A stretch of DNA of 64,000 nucleotides from Bacteroidaceae bacterium (GCA_017555585.1 JAFZGA010000005.1:102656-166655); one strand, 5' to 3'. Shown: positions 1 through 9,603, counted from the stretch's first letter. Program-made: numbers and translations. The notes: generated by a model from the letters alone, not told the origin.

Positions 1-2
1 AG

Positions 3-974
3 TTTGTCGATAACATCACCACACGCACCATTGAGGTTACCATGGGACGCATATACGACTACAAGGTCAACTATTCACAGTATCTTGTGCTGCGTGCCGA
101 GCGTCGTCAGCAACAGCAGAAGCAGTACGAGGAGCAGCAGAAGATGATTCAGGAGACCAAGGACTTTATTGAGCGTTTCAAGGGTACATATTCAAAAACC
201 CTGCAGGTGCAGAGCCGTGTAAAGATGCTCGAGAAGCTTGAGATAATTGAAGTGGATGAAGAGGATACATCAGCTTTGAGACTTAAATTCCCACCATCGC
301 CACGTTCCGGACAATATCCTGTCATCATGGACGGCGTGGGCAAGGCATTCGATGGCAAACAAATCTTCTCCGGTGCATCGCTCACCATAGAACGAGGCGA
401 CAAGGTAGCTTTTGTAGGTCGTAACGGTGAGGGTAAATCAACCCTTGTAAAATGTATAATGAAGGAGCTGGAGCATGAGGGCTCTCTGCAACTCGGACAC
501 AACGTGCAGATAGGTTACTTTGCACAGAATCAGGCATCGCTGCTCGATGAGGAACTGACAGTTTTTCAGACTATCGACGATGTGGCAAAGGGCGATATCC
601 GCAACAAGATACGCGACCTGCTCGGTGCATTCATGTTCGGTGGAGAGGCAAGCGCAAAGAAGGTCAAGGTTCTGTCGGGTGGAGAACGCACCCGTCTGGC
701 ATTGATGAAGCTGTTGCTTGAGCCGGTGAATCTGCTTATCCTCGACGAGCCTACCAATCACCTCGACCTAAAGACCAAAGATATCCTCAAACAGGCTCTT
801 ATGGACTTCGACGGCACGCTCATCTGTGTGAGCCACGACCGTGACTTCCTCGACGGGCTTGTAACAAAGGTGTATGAGTTCGGACACGGAAAGGTACGCG
901 AACACCTCTGTGGTGTATACGAGTTCCTCGCAAACAAGAAGATGGAAGAGCTTCAGGAATTGGAAAGGAAGTAA
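3..974 (+). CDS. ABC-F family ATPase, C-terminal part (5' end lies outside the window)
   Basis: The frame is open from the window edge (FVDNITTRTIEVTMGRIYDYK...). A Q/E/R-rich linker precedes the second NBD, which has Walker A GRNGEGKST, signature LSGGERTR, Walker B LLILDEPTNHLD and H-loop VSHDR. It is collinear with the C-terminal half of the ABC-F at 61011..62939. Confidence 0.9.
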   Translation, partial: FVDNITTRTIEVTMGRIYDYKVNYSQYLVLRAERRQQQQKQYEEQQKMIQETKDFIERFKGTYSKTLQVQSRVKMLEKLEIIEVDEEDTSALRLKFPPSPRSGQYPVIMDGVGKAFDGKQIFSGASLTIERGDKVAFVGRNGEGKSTLVKCIMKELEHEGSLQLGHNVQIGYFAQNQASLLDEELTVFQTIDDVAKGDIRNKIRDLLGAFMFGGEASAKKVKVLSGGERTRLALMKLLLEPVNLLILDEPTNHLDLKTKDILKQALMDFDGTLICVSHDRDFLDGLVTKVYEFGHGKVREHLCGVYEFLANKKMEELQELERK

Positions 975-1033
975 AACGTTATCATATTGATACGGTATGT
1001 CGTGTCAATATTGCTACTCGAAAAAATAATAGG

Positions 1034-2032
1034 ATGGAAAAGTATATAGCATCAGTTGCAAGATATGACAACGGTGATATGCTCTATCGCCGTTGTGGTG
1101 GCAGCGGAATACTGTTGCCAAAGGTTTCTCTTGGTTTTTGGCAGAACTTCGGTGCCGATGCATCATACGACAACTGCCGTTCGATAGCCCGTATGGCATT
1201 CGACAACGGTATAACACATTTTGATCTTGCCAACAACTACGGTCCACCTCCCGGCTTTGCCGAAGAGATGGTAGGACGTATGCTCAAAGAGGATTTCGCA
1301 TCACACCGCGACGAACTGCTCATTGCCACAAAAGCCGGCTACGATATGTGGGCAGGACCTTATGGCAGTTGGGGTTCCCGCAAACACCTTATGGCAAGTC
1401 TCAACCAGAGCCTGCGTCGTTTGGGGCTTGATTATGTCGATATATTCTACATTCATCGCTTCGACCCTGTTACACCGCTTGACGAAACCCTGCAGGCCCT
1501 TGTCGATATTGTACGTGCAGGCAAGGCTTTTTATATAGGAATATCCCGATGGCCACTCGAGGCATTGAAATATGCCGACACATTCCTGCGTTCGCAGGGT
1601 GTGCCTCCGCTTATATTCCAAGGCCGTCTGAATCTGCTTGACAGGGCAGTGCAGCAAGAGGGTATTCTCGATTATTGTAACGGTAATGGACTCGGATTCA
1701 TCTCTTTCTCGCCATTGGCGCAAGGTCTGCTTTCGGCACGTTATCTGAACGGAATTCCTGAAGGCTCGCGCATGTCGCGTGGCGGCTCGCTCAAAGCAGA
1801 GATACTCACACCCGAGCTGCTTGAATACCTCAACCAACTGAATAACATTGCCACAGAACGCGGAGAATCGCTTACCACAATGGCACTTTCCTGGATTCTC
1901 TCACAGCGCGGTGTAACATCCCTGATTGTCGGTGCCCGCACACCCGAGCAGTTTATGGAATCGCTCAAGTGCGTGGACTCTGCTGTATTGACAGCTGTTG
2001 ACCTTCCGTTATATCCTCACAAGGTATTCTGA
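1034..2032 (+). CDS. aldo/keto reductase (YghZ / Kv-beta-like)
   Basis: 332 aa with AKR-type motifs GITHFDLANNYG, LDYVDIFYIHRFD and ISFSPLAQGLL. Confidence 0.85.
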   Translation: MEKYIASVARYDNGDMLYRRCGGSGILLPKVSLGFWQNFGADASYDNCRSIARMAFDNGITHFDLANNYGPPPGFAEEMVGRMLKEDFASHRDELLIATKAGYDMWAGPYGSWGSRKHLMASLNQSLRRLGLDYVDIFYIHRFDPVTPLDETLQALVDIVRAGKAFYIGISRWPLEALKYADTFLRSQGVPPLIFQGRLNLLDRAVQQEGILDYCNGNGLGFISFSPLAQGLLSARYLNGIPEGSRMSRGGSLKAEILTPELLEYLNQLNNIATERGESLTTMALSWILSQRGVTSLIVGARTPEQFMESLKCVDSAVLTAVDLPLYPHKVF

Positions 2033-2090
2033 TTCAGTACAACAGCATTGTAAAAAACAGTCTTTGTCGTGTATGACTGCTTAATATGAC

Positions 2091-2116
2091 AAAATGCCGG
2101 CATTGGCCGGCATTTT
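2091..2116. terminator. bidirectional hairpin terminator between convergent genes
   Basis: aaaatgccggc-attg-gccggcatttt forms a perfect 11-bp stem with A/T runs on both sides. It lies between the AKR stop (+) and the S46 peptidase stop (-). Confidence 0.7.
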
Positions 2117-2160
2117 GATATGATGGGATTTTGAAAACCCGTGTTATATGAATCACCTGT

Positions 2161-4305
2161 TTATTTTACGATGTTCATCTCGTCGATGAGGCGTTTGCAG
2201 TTACCTAATTTCTCGATAACGAAAAGTACATAACGGATATCGACGTTGATGCAACGCTGGAGATTATCGTCGAAGTTGATGTCACCACTGAGCGATTCCC
2301 AGTTGCCGTCGAAAGCCAAACCGATGAGCTCGCCACGTGAGTTCATTACGCCACTACCGCTGTTACCGCCGGTGATGTCGTTTGTTGTAAGGAATGCAAC
2401 AGGCATCTCACCGTTAGGCAATGCATACTGGCCAAAGTCCTTTGCCTCATACAGCTCCTTCAGGCGTGCAGGAACGATGAACTCGCTGCTTTCGGGGTTC
2501 TCTTTCTCCATTACACCCTTCAATGTGGTGTAGTGGTTGAATGTAACACCATCCTTGGGGCTGTATGCCTTTACGTTACCGTAGGTCATACGCATTGTGA
2601 AGTTTGCATCGGGTGCCATAGGTGCGCCGTTTGCCTTCTCCATCAAGCCTTTGAGGTATGTCTTGTGCAATGGATTGATTCTCTTTGCGAACTCGTTGCT
2701 CTTTGCTGTAATCTCCATGTATGATTCGAACACTGCATGGCGTAGCTTGTATGCAGGGTCAGCCTCGTAAGCCTTCAAGGTAGGTTTCTTCATGAACTTG
2801 TCGAAGTTCTTCTTGTTTGCGAGTATTGACTTCTCGTATACCATGTCGAGGTACTTTCCGAGGTTGCCTTTATACTTTGCATATACTTCGTTGAGGTATG
2901 CAGGGCGCTCGTTCTCTTCGGTCAACTTAAAGTAGAGCGGTAGAACCTCTTTTGCAATGCGCAAGTCGATTTCATGGACATAGTCACGGTTGTGCAGCCA
3001 GTTGTATATGTTGTTCATCTGGTCCTTTATGAGCAATGGGCTTTCATTGAACATGCTCTTGCTGTTATCAGAGAGGTTGCGCTGTATGAACTCTACGTTG
3101 CTGATGAGCTCTGTGATTACAGTAGAGAGGTATACGGTGCGGTTCATATCCTTGACACATGCGTTGATGTCGTTCACGATATTCATGTACTCTTTGTTGC
3201 CGGTCTGCTTTGCCCATGTAAGGAACTCTGCCTCCTCTGCGAGTTTTGTTTCTACTACTTTGTTGTCGACAATAGCCTTGTTCATACCGATAGAGTTCTT
3301 CCAGTAGTTGCTTATGCGTGCCTGCTTGTTGGCGTATCTGATTGCGATATCCTCGCTCTTTGCCATCTCGTCACGGATAATGTTCAAAGTTACGTCACGC
3401 ATTGCTATGCGTGGCTCATTGCCTTGGTACATTCTCTGCTCAACCTCTTCGCCTGTGAGGTAGCGTGATGTGCTGCCTGGGAATCCCATGATCATCGCGA
3501 AGTCGCCGTACTCGAATCCTTTCAACGATACGCTGAGGTGCTTTGGTGTGCTGAGCGGAGTGTTGTCCTTGCTGTATGCAGCCGGGTTACCGTCCTTGTC
3601 ACCGTAGATACGGAATACCGAGAAGTCGCCAGTGTGACGTGGCCACATCCAGTTGTCGGTCTCGCCACCGAACTTGCCGATAGAGTTGGGAGGTGTTGCT
3701 ACAAGGCGTACATCGGTATATTTCTTGTAGTATACGAGATAGTATTTGTTGCCCTCGAAATATGGAAGCAGCTGTGGGTACATATGCTCCTTGCCGGCGA
3801 GGTTGTCTGCGTCGAACAACTCTTTTGCGATGGTGGCAAGTGCATTGCGCTGGAATGAAGCCTCTTCGGTCAATCGGCCGTCAGCAACGCGCTTGTTGAT
3901 CTCGTCGGTAACGTCCTTGATCTCCTCTACGAATGTAAATGCAATGCCTTCGCATGGCAACTCCTCTTCGTAGCTCTGGCTCCAGAAACCGTTGTGAAGG
4001 TAGTTGTGCTCTACTGTACTCAACTGCTGGATAAAGCTGAAACCGCAGTGGTGGTTGGTGATTACAAGGCCGTTAGGTGAAATTACCTCACCTGTACAGC
4101 CACCGCCAAAGATACCGATAGCATCCTTGAGTGATGGTGTGCCCGGGTTGTAGATCTCGTCAACTGATATTTCAAGGCCCTGCTTGCGCATCTGGTCCTC
4201 GAGATTTTGCTGGCGCATGAGCTGTAGAAGCCACATGCCTTCGTCGGCCATGGCCTGCGGTGTGATGAGCACTGCCAAGAGCAGCGTTGATAGGATTTTT
4301 TTCAT
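2161..4305 (-). CDS. S46 family dipeptidyl-peptidase (DPP7-like)
   Basis: 714 aa with a signal peptide followed by the DEGMWLL start typical of S46 enzymes. The catalytic Ser context is TGGNSGSGV, and the putative S1 position reads AFDGNWE. Confidence 0.9.
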   Translation of the reverse strand: MKKILSTLLLAVLITPQAMADEGMWLLQLMRQQNLEDQMRKQGLEISVDEIYNPGTPSLKDAIGIFGGGCTGEVISPNGLVITNHHCGFSFIQQLSTVEHNYLHNGFWSQSYEEELPCEGIAFTFVEEIKDVTDEINKRVADGRLTEEASFQRNALATIAKELFDADNLAGKEHMYPQLLPYFEGNKYYLVYYKKYTDVRLVATPPNSIGKFGGETDNWMWPRHTGDFSVFRIYGDKDGNPAAYSKDNTPLSTPKHLSVSLKGFEYGDFAMIMGFPGSTSRYLTGEEVEQRMYQGNEPRIAMRDVTLNIIRDEMAKSEDIAIRYANKQARISNYWKNSIGMNKAIVDNKVVETKLAEEAEFLTWAKQTGNKEYMNIVNDINACVKDMNRTVYLSTVITELISNVEFIQRNLSDNSKSMFNESPLLIKDQMNNIYNWLHNRDYVHEIDLRIAKEVLPLYFKLTEENERPAYLNEVYAKYKGNLGKYLDMVYEKSILANKKNFDKFMKKPTLKAYEADPAYKLRHAVFESYMEITAKSNEFAKRINPLHKTYLKGLMEKANGAPMAPDANFTMRMTYGNVKAYSPKDGVTFNHYTTLKGVMEKENPESSEFIVPARLKELYEAKDFGQYALPNGEMPVAFLTTNDITGGNSGSGVMNSRGELIGLAFDGNWESLSGDINFDDNLQRCINVDIRYVLFVIEKLGNCKRLIDEMNIVK

Positions 4306-4324
4306 AGTGTATTATTCTAATTGG

Positions 4325-5062
4325 TTATTGTTTGTTGTAAAGTGTGTTGGCAATGGCTGTTTCAGCCTCGGCCATCATGCGGTCAACATTCTCGGCATCG
4401 CGTCCATTGCATTCAATCGGTGCATGGAATGTAAGTGTTACAGGTGACCAGTGCAAGCATTTGCAACCTTTTGGCAGAATGTTGTATGAACCGTCAATGG
4501 TAATTGGAATGATGGGTACTTGGGTCATGTTGGCAATTACAAAAGCACCCTTCTTGAATGGATTCATCTTGCCGTTTCTGCAACGTGTGCCTTCCGGGAA
4601 TATACCCATTGAGGCTCCGCTCTTCAATATATTGATTGATTTACGCAACAGGTCCTTCTGAGGGGTAGAACGGTTCACAAAAATGTGCCCGGTCTGCGCG
4701 CATGCCCTGCCAAGCAAAGGCATCTTGCGGAGTGTGTCCTTCATGATCCATTTGAATCGCTTGCAGACATATCCGTACATTACAAAAATATCGAACATAC
4801 CCTGATGGTTTGCCACAAAGATATAGTTCTGGTCCTTCTTTACATATTTGTCGCGGTCGACAACCTTTACCGGGATAAGGAATATCCAGCAAGTGAGTTT
4901 GCACCATATCACAGCTGGTGTGTGGTCGGCATTCTTTATCTTGAAACGGTAGCCGAACAGGCTGATGATTATGGCAGTGATTGTAACAACGATCAATGCT
5001 GCCCACCAGGCAAAAAGAACCTGGTACAGAATGTAGAGCGGGTGTAGAATTTTACGTAGCAT
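4325..5062 (-). CDS. plsC: 1-acyl-sn-glycerol-3-phosphate acyltransferase
   Basis: 245 aa with an N-terminal TM segment, the HX4D motif NHQGMFD and the FPEGTR motif. Confidence 0.85.
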   Translation of the reverse strand: MLRKILHPLYILYQVLFAWWAALIVVTITAIIISLFGYRFKIKNADHTPAVIWCKLTCWIFLIPVKVVDRDKYVKKDQNYIFVANHQGMFDIFVMYGYVCKRFKWIMKDTLRKMPLLGRACAQTGHIFVNRSTPQKDLLRKSINILKSGASMGIFPEGTRCRNGKMNPFKKGAFVIANMTQVPIIPITIDGSYNILPKGCKCLHWSPVTLTFHAPIECNGRDAENVDRMMAEAETAIANTLYNKQ

Positions 5063-5122
5063 AATTGTATGTTATTATGTTATGGAATTACAACGGGTGT
5101 AATATCTTTTCGCAGTTTACGG

Positions 5123-5130
5123 CAAAGATA
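5123..5130 (-). promoter_or_regulatory. Bacteroidetes-type -7 box (TATCTTTG) for plsC
   Basis: The minus strand reads TATCTTTG, matching the TAnnTTTG consensus. It lies about 60 nt upstream of the plsC ATG at 5062. Confidence 0.5.
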
Positions 5131-5175
5131 CCCTAAAATTTCTTTATTTGAAACGTTTTTTATGATAATGTGGTG

Positions 5176-5985
5176 TCATTCAACGTTCTTTGACAGGAAT
5201 TTGTACAGTTCGGCAGCAGTCGTTCCGCTTCTTTGGACGTAATCTTCAAGTTGCTCTTCCGTTATTTTGCCCACAGCAAAGTAGCATGCCCTGGGATGAG
5301 AAATCATCATTCCGCATACCGATGCGTGCGGTGTCATTGCTCCGTTGGGTGTAATGGTTATTCCTATTCTTTCTGTTTGTAACAGTTTGTTGAGAACGAA
5401 GATGATGCTCTGGTCGGGCAGTGAAGGGTAGCCCACAGCCGGGCGTATGCCCTGGTTTTTCTCAAGGAGCAGTTCCTCCATCGTAAGCTCTTCGTCTTGT
5501 GAATATCCCCACAGCTCTTCGCTGGTGCGTATCTGCCAGTGCAGCAGTGTGGCTGTTGCCTCGGCAAGGCGGTCGGCAAGAGTCTGCGCAAGCAGGTAGC
5601 GGTATGGATCATCTTTATATTCCGCTCCGAAATCGTTGTCTGTCGTTGTGGCGAAAATGCCTAACTTGTCGCCGTATGGCGAAACGAAATCGCTGAGGCA
5701 AAGATTAGGTTTTCCGTCAATGGCGTGTTGCTGTCTTAGGCAAGGGATTGTCACACCTTCGGCTATTATGTTGTCTCCGTCACCATTGGCATCGCAGAGC
5801 ACAAAGATGGCATGCGTCCGGCATTTGTCGCCCATGTCGTGCAATAGTCTCTTTGCATCATTTATCACCTCTTCGGCCGTCTCTCCTGTTGCTTTGCCCG
5901 AAAGCCCCCATGCATGAAGCAGGTAGCTCCAATCAATGTATGGAGCTACCTCGCTTATGCTATAGTGGAAAATGTGTCTTTTCAT
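5176..5985 (-). CDS. stand-alone methionine synthase (MetH) reactivation / AdoMet-binding domain protein
   Basis: The tracked ORF 5176..6117 is trimmed to Met45 (MKRHIFHYSISEVAPYIDWSYLLHAWGLSGK...). It is collinear with the C-terminal activation domain of E. coli MetH (PYIDW, RQQ, LADRLAEA, QGIRPAxGYP, SVxG...SHP...YFAV). Its ATG overlaps the upstream gene's stop by 4 nt (ATGA). Confidence 0.85.
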   Translation of the reverse strand: MKRHIFHYSISEVAPYIDWSYLLHAWGLSGKATGETAEEVINDAKRLLHDMGDKCRTHAIFVLCDANGDGDNIIAEGVTIPCLRQQHAIDGKPNLCLSDFVSPYGDKLGIFATTTDNDFGAEYKDDPYRYLLAQTLADRLAEATATLLHWQIRTSEELWGYSQDEELTMEELLLEKNQGIRPAVGYPSLPDQSIIFVLNKLLQTERIGITITPNGAMTPHASVCGMMISHPRACYFAVGKITEEQLEDYVQRSGTTAAELYKFLSKNVE

Positions 5986-7328
5986 CGGTTGAATCTGAGG
6001 GCCTTTCCGCGTATATCTTCGTTTATTCTTCCGCTCTTGTACACGCACTCGCCGTTTACCCAAGTCTGTTCTACTTTCCATTTGAATGTTGTGCCTTCGA
6101 ACGGACTCCAGCCACAAAGGCTTATTATATCGTCCTTTGTTACAGTGTGCGGGCTGTTCGGGTTCAGCAATACAAAATCGGCATGGTTGCCTTTTGTTAT
6201 ATAACCTCGTTTGTCAATGTCGAATATCCTTGCAGGCGCGTGGCACATCTTCTCGACAAGCTCTTCTATCGTGAACTGTTTCTCATCGACAAGGTTCAGC
6301 ATCGACAGCAACGAGAACTGTATGCTCGGCATGCCCGAAGCAGCTTTCAGTGCGCCACCCTTCTTGTCATCGGGGTGGTGTGGGGCGTGGTCTGTTCCAA
6401 TGAGGTCTATCTTGCCTTCTGCAACAGCCTTGCGCAGGGCTTCGCGGTCATCGGCACTCTTTATAGCCGGGTTGCACTTTATTTTTGTGCCCAATGTGGC
6501 ATAGTCGGCATCGCAGAATGTAAGGTGTGCCGGTGTCACTTCGGCAGTGATTTTCTTGTTTTCGGGTTTGCCGGCAGTGAGAAGCTCAAGCTCCTTGGCG
6601 GTGCTGATGTGCATTACATGAAGGCGTGTGCCGAACTTTTCGGCAAGTTCCACTGCGCTTGCGGTGCTGCGGTAGCATGCCTCCTCGCTGCGTATCACAG
6701 GGTGGAACTTAACGTCGGGGTCATCACCCTCCTGCTCCTTTATCGCTTTTGTGTTCGCTGCGATGATTGAACTCTCCTCGCAATGTACGGCTACTGGCAT
6801 ATTCAATCTTTCAGCCTCCTTGAAAATCTTTTCAAGCTCGTTCTTCTTGTCAACGAGCATGTTGCCTGTGCTCGAACCCATGAAAAGCTTTATACCACAA
6901 ACTTTTTTCGTATTGAGTTTTGCGAACTCATCGCAGTTGCTGTTTGTCGCACCAAAGTAGAAAGAGTAGTTTATTACGCTCTCCTTTTCGGCGATGGCAT
7001 ATTTCTCTTTCAGAGCCTCGATGGTAGTTGTCTGTGGAACAGTGTTGGGCATCTCCATGAACGATGTCACACCACCTGCTGCCGCTGCGCGGCTCTCTGT
7101 GGCTATTGTTGCCTTGTGGGTGAGTCCCGGCTCGCGGAAGTGTACATGGTCGTCTATTACACCCGGTATAAGATACATGCCGGTGGCTTCTATTATTTCA
7201 TCGCACTGGGCGCGTGGCAGTTCGTTCTCGCGCAGAATCTCTACTATCTTGCCGTTGTTCACTACTATTGAGCCACGGAACTGCTCACCGTTGTTCACTA
7301 TCGTGGGGTTGCTTATAATTGTACGCAT
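5982..7328 (-). CDS. pyrC: dihydroorotase-type cyclic amidohydrolase
   Basis: 448 aa with the metal-binding motif DDHVHFREPG, MHIST and GTDHAPH, typical of class I DHOase/allantoinase-fold enzymes. Confidence 0.75.
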   Translation of the reverse strand: MRTIISNPTIVNNGEQFRGSIVVNNGKIVEILRENELPRAQCDEIIEATGMYLIPGVIDDHVHFREPGLTHKATIATESRAAAAGGVTSFMEMPNTVPQTTTIEALKEKYAIAEKESVINYSFYFGATNSNCDEFAKLNTKKVCGIKLFMGSSTGNMLVDKKNELEKIFKEAERLNMPVAVHCEESSIIAANTKAIKEQEGDDPDVKFHPVIRSEEACYRSTASAVELAEKFGTRLHVMHISTAKELELLTAGKPENKKITAEVTPAHLTFCDADYATLGTKIKCNPAIKSADDREALRKAVAEGKIDLIGTDHAPHHPDDKKGGALKAASGMPSIQFSLLSMLNLVDEKQFTIEELVEKMCHAPARIFDIDKRGYITKGNHADFVLLNPNSPHTVTKDDIISLCGWSPFEGTTFKWKVEQTWVNGECVYKSGRINEDIRGKALRFNR

Positions 7329-7356
7329 AGTTGTTATAAAGTTTTTGCGAATATAT

Positions 7357-7384
7357 AAAAAAAGAGATTGCGTTAAGCAATCTC
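7357..7384 (-). terminator. intrinsic terminator after the HIT gene
   Basis: The hairpin gagattgc-gttaa-gcaatctc (7364..7384) overlaps the HIT stop codon. On the minus strand it is followed by a run of 7 U (plus-strand A run 7357..7363). Confidence 0.65.
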
Positions 7385-7768
7385 CTTGTTTATTTTCTCG
7401 GCAATCTCCTTGAATTCTTCGGGAGTGAGCTGCAATTTTGGATTGGTGAAGAGCATGTCCTTTTCGCTATGCATCGGAACAAGGTGTATGTGTGCATGCG
7501 GAACTTCAAGTCCCAAAACTGCCTGTCCCACCTTTATGCAGGGGAATGCACGCTTTATTCCTTCGGCAACTTTCTTTGCGAAAATCTGCATTGCACCAAT
7601 CTCTTCGTCTGTCAGGTCGAAGAAGTAGTCAACTTCGCGTTTGGGGATTACAAGGGTGTGGCCCTTTGCAAGCGGGTTGATGTCCAGGAATGCATAGAAC
7701 TGCTCGTTTTCGGCTACCTTGTAGCTCGGAATTTCTCCTGCGACTATTCTGCTGAAAATTGTTGCCAT
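7373..7768 (-). CDS. HIT (histidine triad) family protein
   Basis: 131 aa with the histidine triad HAHIHLVP. Confidence 0.9.
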   Translation of the reverse strand: MATIFSRIVAGEIPSYKVAENEQFYAFLDINPLAKGHTLVIPKREVDYFFDLTDEEIGAMQIFAKKVAEGIKRAFPCIKVGQAVLGLEVPHAHIHLVPMHSEKDMLFTNPKLQLTPEEFKEIAEKINKEIA

Positions 7769-7774
7769 ATTTCC

Positions 7775-8236
7775 TTAGAATGAAATGCTTGTAATTTCAA
7801 GGAATAACTTGCCCTGTGGTACAGTAATCTCTGCAGTTTCACCAACCTTCTTGCCTAATAGACCTTTTGCGATAGGTGTGTTGATGGAGATCTTTGCTTC
7901 GCGCAGGTTTGCCTCACTCTCAGGTACAATAGTATATTGCATTGTCATGCCGGTCTTTGTGTTTTTAAGACCAACCTTGGTCAATACCTGCACAGTGTCG
8001 GTATTCAACTTTGTGGTGTCGATGATCTTTGCATCTGCAATGACAAGCTTGAGTTCGTTAATTCTCATCTCCAACAAACCCTGTGCCTCTTTTGCCGCAT
8101 CGTACTCCGCATTCTCTGACAAATCGCCCTTGTCGCGTGCCTCAGCAATCTGACGGACAACTTCAGGACGTTTTGCCTCCAACTCTTTCAAATCGGCTAA
8201 CAGTTTTTTGTAGCCCTCTTCGGACATATAACTCAT
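7775..8236 (-). CDS. greA: transcription elongation factor GreA
   Basis: The ORF is trimmed to Met21 (MSYMSEEGYKKLLADLKELE...). It has the GreA coiled-coil N-terminus (DLSENAEYDAAKE) and a C-terminal globular domain. Confidence 0.9.
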   Translation of the reverse strand: MSYMSEEGYKKLLADLKELEAKRPEVVRQIAEARDKGDLSENAEYDAAKEAQGLLEMRINELKLVIADAKIIDTTKLNTDTVQVLTKVGLKNTKTGMTMQYTIVPESEANLREAKISINTPIAKGLLGKKVGETAEITVPQGKLFLEITSISF

Positions 8237-8317
8237 GATATTCTCTTTATTTAAAATAGTAAAACAATGGATTCCAACACAAGTGCTGGAACCCAATTTC
8301 CCTCTTTATTTCTTTGG

Positions 8318-8325
8318 CAAAGGTA
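8318..8325 (-). promoter_or_regulatory. -7 box (TACCTTTG) for greA
   Basis: The minus strand reads TACCTTTG (TAnnTTTG), about 80 nt upstream of the greA ATG at 8236. Confidence 0.45.
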
Positions 8326-8421
8326 ACCCCTTTTTATATAGAAACCAAATAAAATATGTTATTTTTTCTCTTTTTGACTTTTTGTAACTCTTTTATTTAA
8401 GGAAAGTTCTTCAGTTGATGT

Positions 8422-9603
8422 TTATTTTTTCAACAGTTTCTCAATCTCTTTCTCAAGGTCTTCAACCTGTGCGTCACGCAGTGTGATTTCGTTGTCTCTG
8501 TTTATGAGAAAGTATGTAGGCAATGTCTGTACGTTGTACAGTCTTATATACGACGAGTATGTGCCTTCGCCATCACGTACGCATATCCATGGCAGGTTGC
8601 TTGCCGACTGCTGCCAGAAGTGTTCGCGTGTGTCGTACGATATCTGGAATATTTCAAGACCTTTCTCCTTGTATTTGCCGTATATCTCGCGTAGCTTTAT
8701 GTTACGGCTGCTTATTTTTGCGTCTTCGTACATTGTGAAGTCGAGCAATACCACCTTCCCTGCAAAAGATGAGAGTGATATGCTGTCACCGTCTATTCCT
8801 GGCAGCTTGATGTCAAAAAGGCCTGTGGTGGTGATGTCGCCCTCTTCAACCTCTATGTTCCTTGTTTTTTTGGGGCGTGTTGCCATCATTGCCTCTTCGG
8901 CCAATTTGCAGATGTGCTGTGTGCGCTTTGCGTTGGGGAATCTCAATTTCATGCTTGTGGCTACGGCAGCGAAGCATTTGCTATCGTTCCTGTTGTTCTT
9001 CGGCTGGAACAATGGCTCTCCGTTGAGTGTTAATGAGAGTGCGTAGTATGCACTTGCCTTGTCTGGTGTTGGAATGATGTATTGCTTTGAGATGTTGCTC
9101 TTGTATTCTCCAATGAGTGTATATATGTCGTTTCTTGTCTTTATGATTGCCGGAGATGTGCTTTTCAGCATTTCATTGACCTGCTTCTCGAGTGCAGTCT
9201 GCAGTTCGTTCATCTCTTTTATTTTTGCGCTCTCGTCATTTCCTTCAACGGTGTATGCGTTGTAGAAGTCGTTTGCATCACTGTTGATTGTCAATGTCTC
9301 GGTTGAGTCTATGGCAAATGTTATAGGCTTCTCTCCGTTGAGTGCAATGAAGAAGAAATCGTAGCTTGCAGGTTGTGGTTGGCTGAATGTGTATGAGCCG
9401 TCTTTGCTGATGGTTGTCGAGTCAAGAATAATGTTGCCTTTCAAACCTATGTTCGAAAGGTAAAGTGTCTTGCCTGCGGCATTCTCGATTTTACCGGTTA
9501 CGGTGAACGACGGGCATGCCGGCTTGTTGTTGCATGCCGAAAGCAACAGCAGTATGCTTGCTGCAAAAACGTAGAAAGGAGTGTTGTTCTTCAGAATATT
9601 CAT
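8422..9603 (-). CDS. TlpA/ResA-like thioredoxin-fold lipoprotein lacking the CXXC motif
   Basis: The ORF is trimmed to Met129 (MNILKNNTPFYVFAASILLLLSACNNK, a lipoprotein signal). The C-terminal thioredoxin-like pattern GKVVLLDF...YGKYKEKGLEIFQISYD...LPTYFLI is present. FTMYEDAKISSRN replaces the usual FWASWCGPC. Confidence 0.7.
   Translation of the reverse strand: MNILKNNTPFYVFAASILLLLSACNNKPACPSFTVTGKIENAAGKTLYLSNIGLKGNIILDSTTISKDGSYTFSQPQPASYDFFFIALNGEKPITFAIDSTETLTINSDANDFYNAYTVEGNDESAKIKEMNELQTALEKQVNEMLKSTSPAIIKTRNDIYTLIGEYKSNISKQYIIPTPDKASAYYALSLTLNGEPLFQPKNNRNDSKCFAAVATSMKLRFPNAKRTQHICKLAEEAMMATRPKKTRNIEVEEGDITTTGLFDIKLPGIDGDSISLSSFAGKVVLLDFTMYEDAKISSRNIKLREIYGKYKEKGLEIFQISYDTREHFWQQSASNLPWICVRDGEGTYSSYIRLYNVQTLPTYFLINRDNEITLRDAQVEDLEKEIEKLLKK

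Noticed and set aside
5748-6770. A 340-aa plus-strand ORF.
   Set aside because: It lies entirely antisense to the dihydroorotase-like and MetH-domain genes. It has a low-complexity, Cys/Leu/Arg-rich composition and no motifs. It is a shadow ORF.
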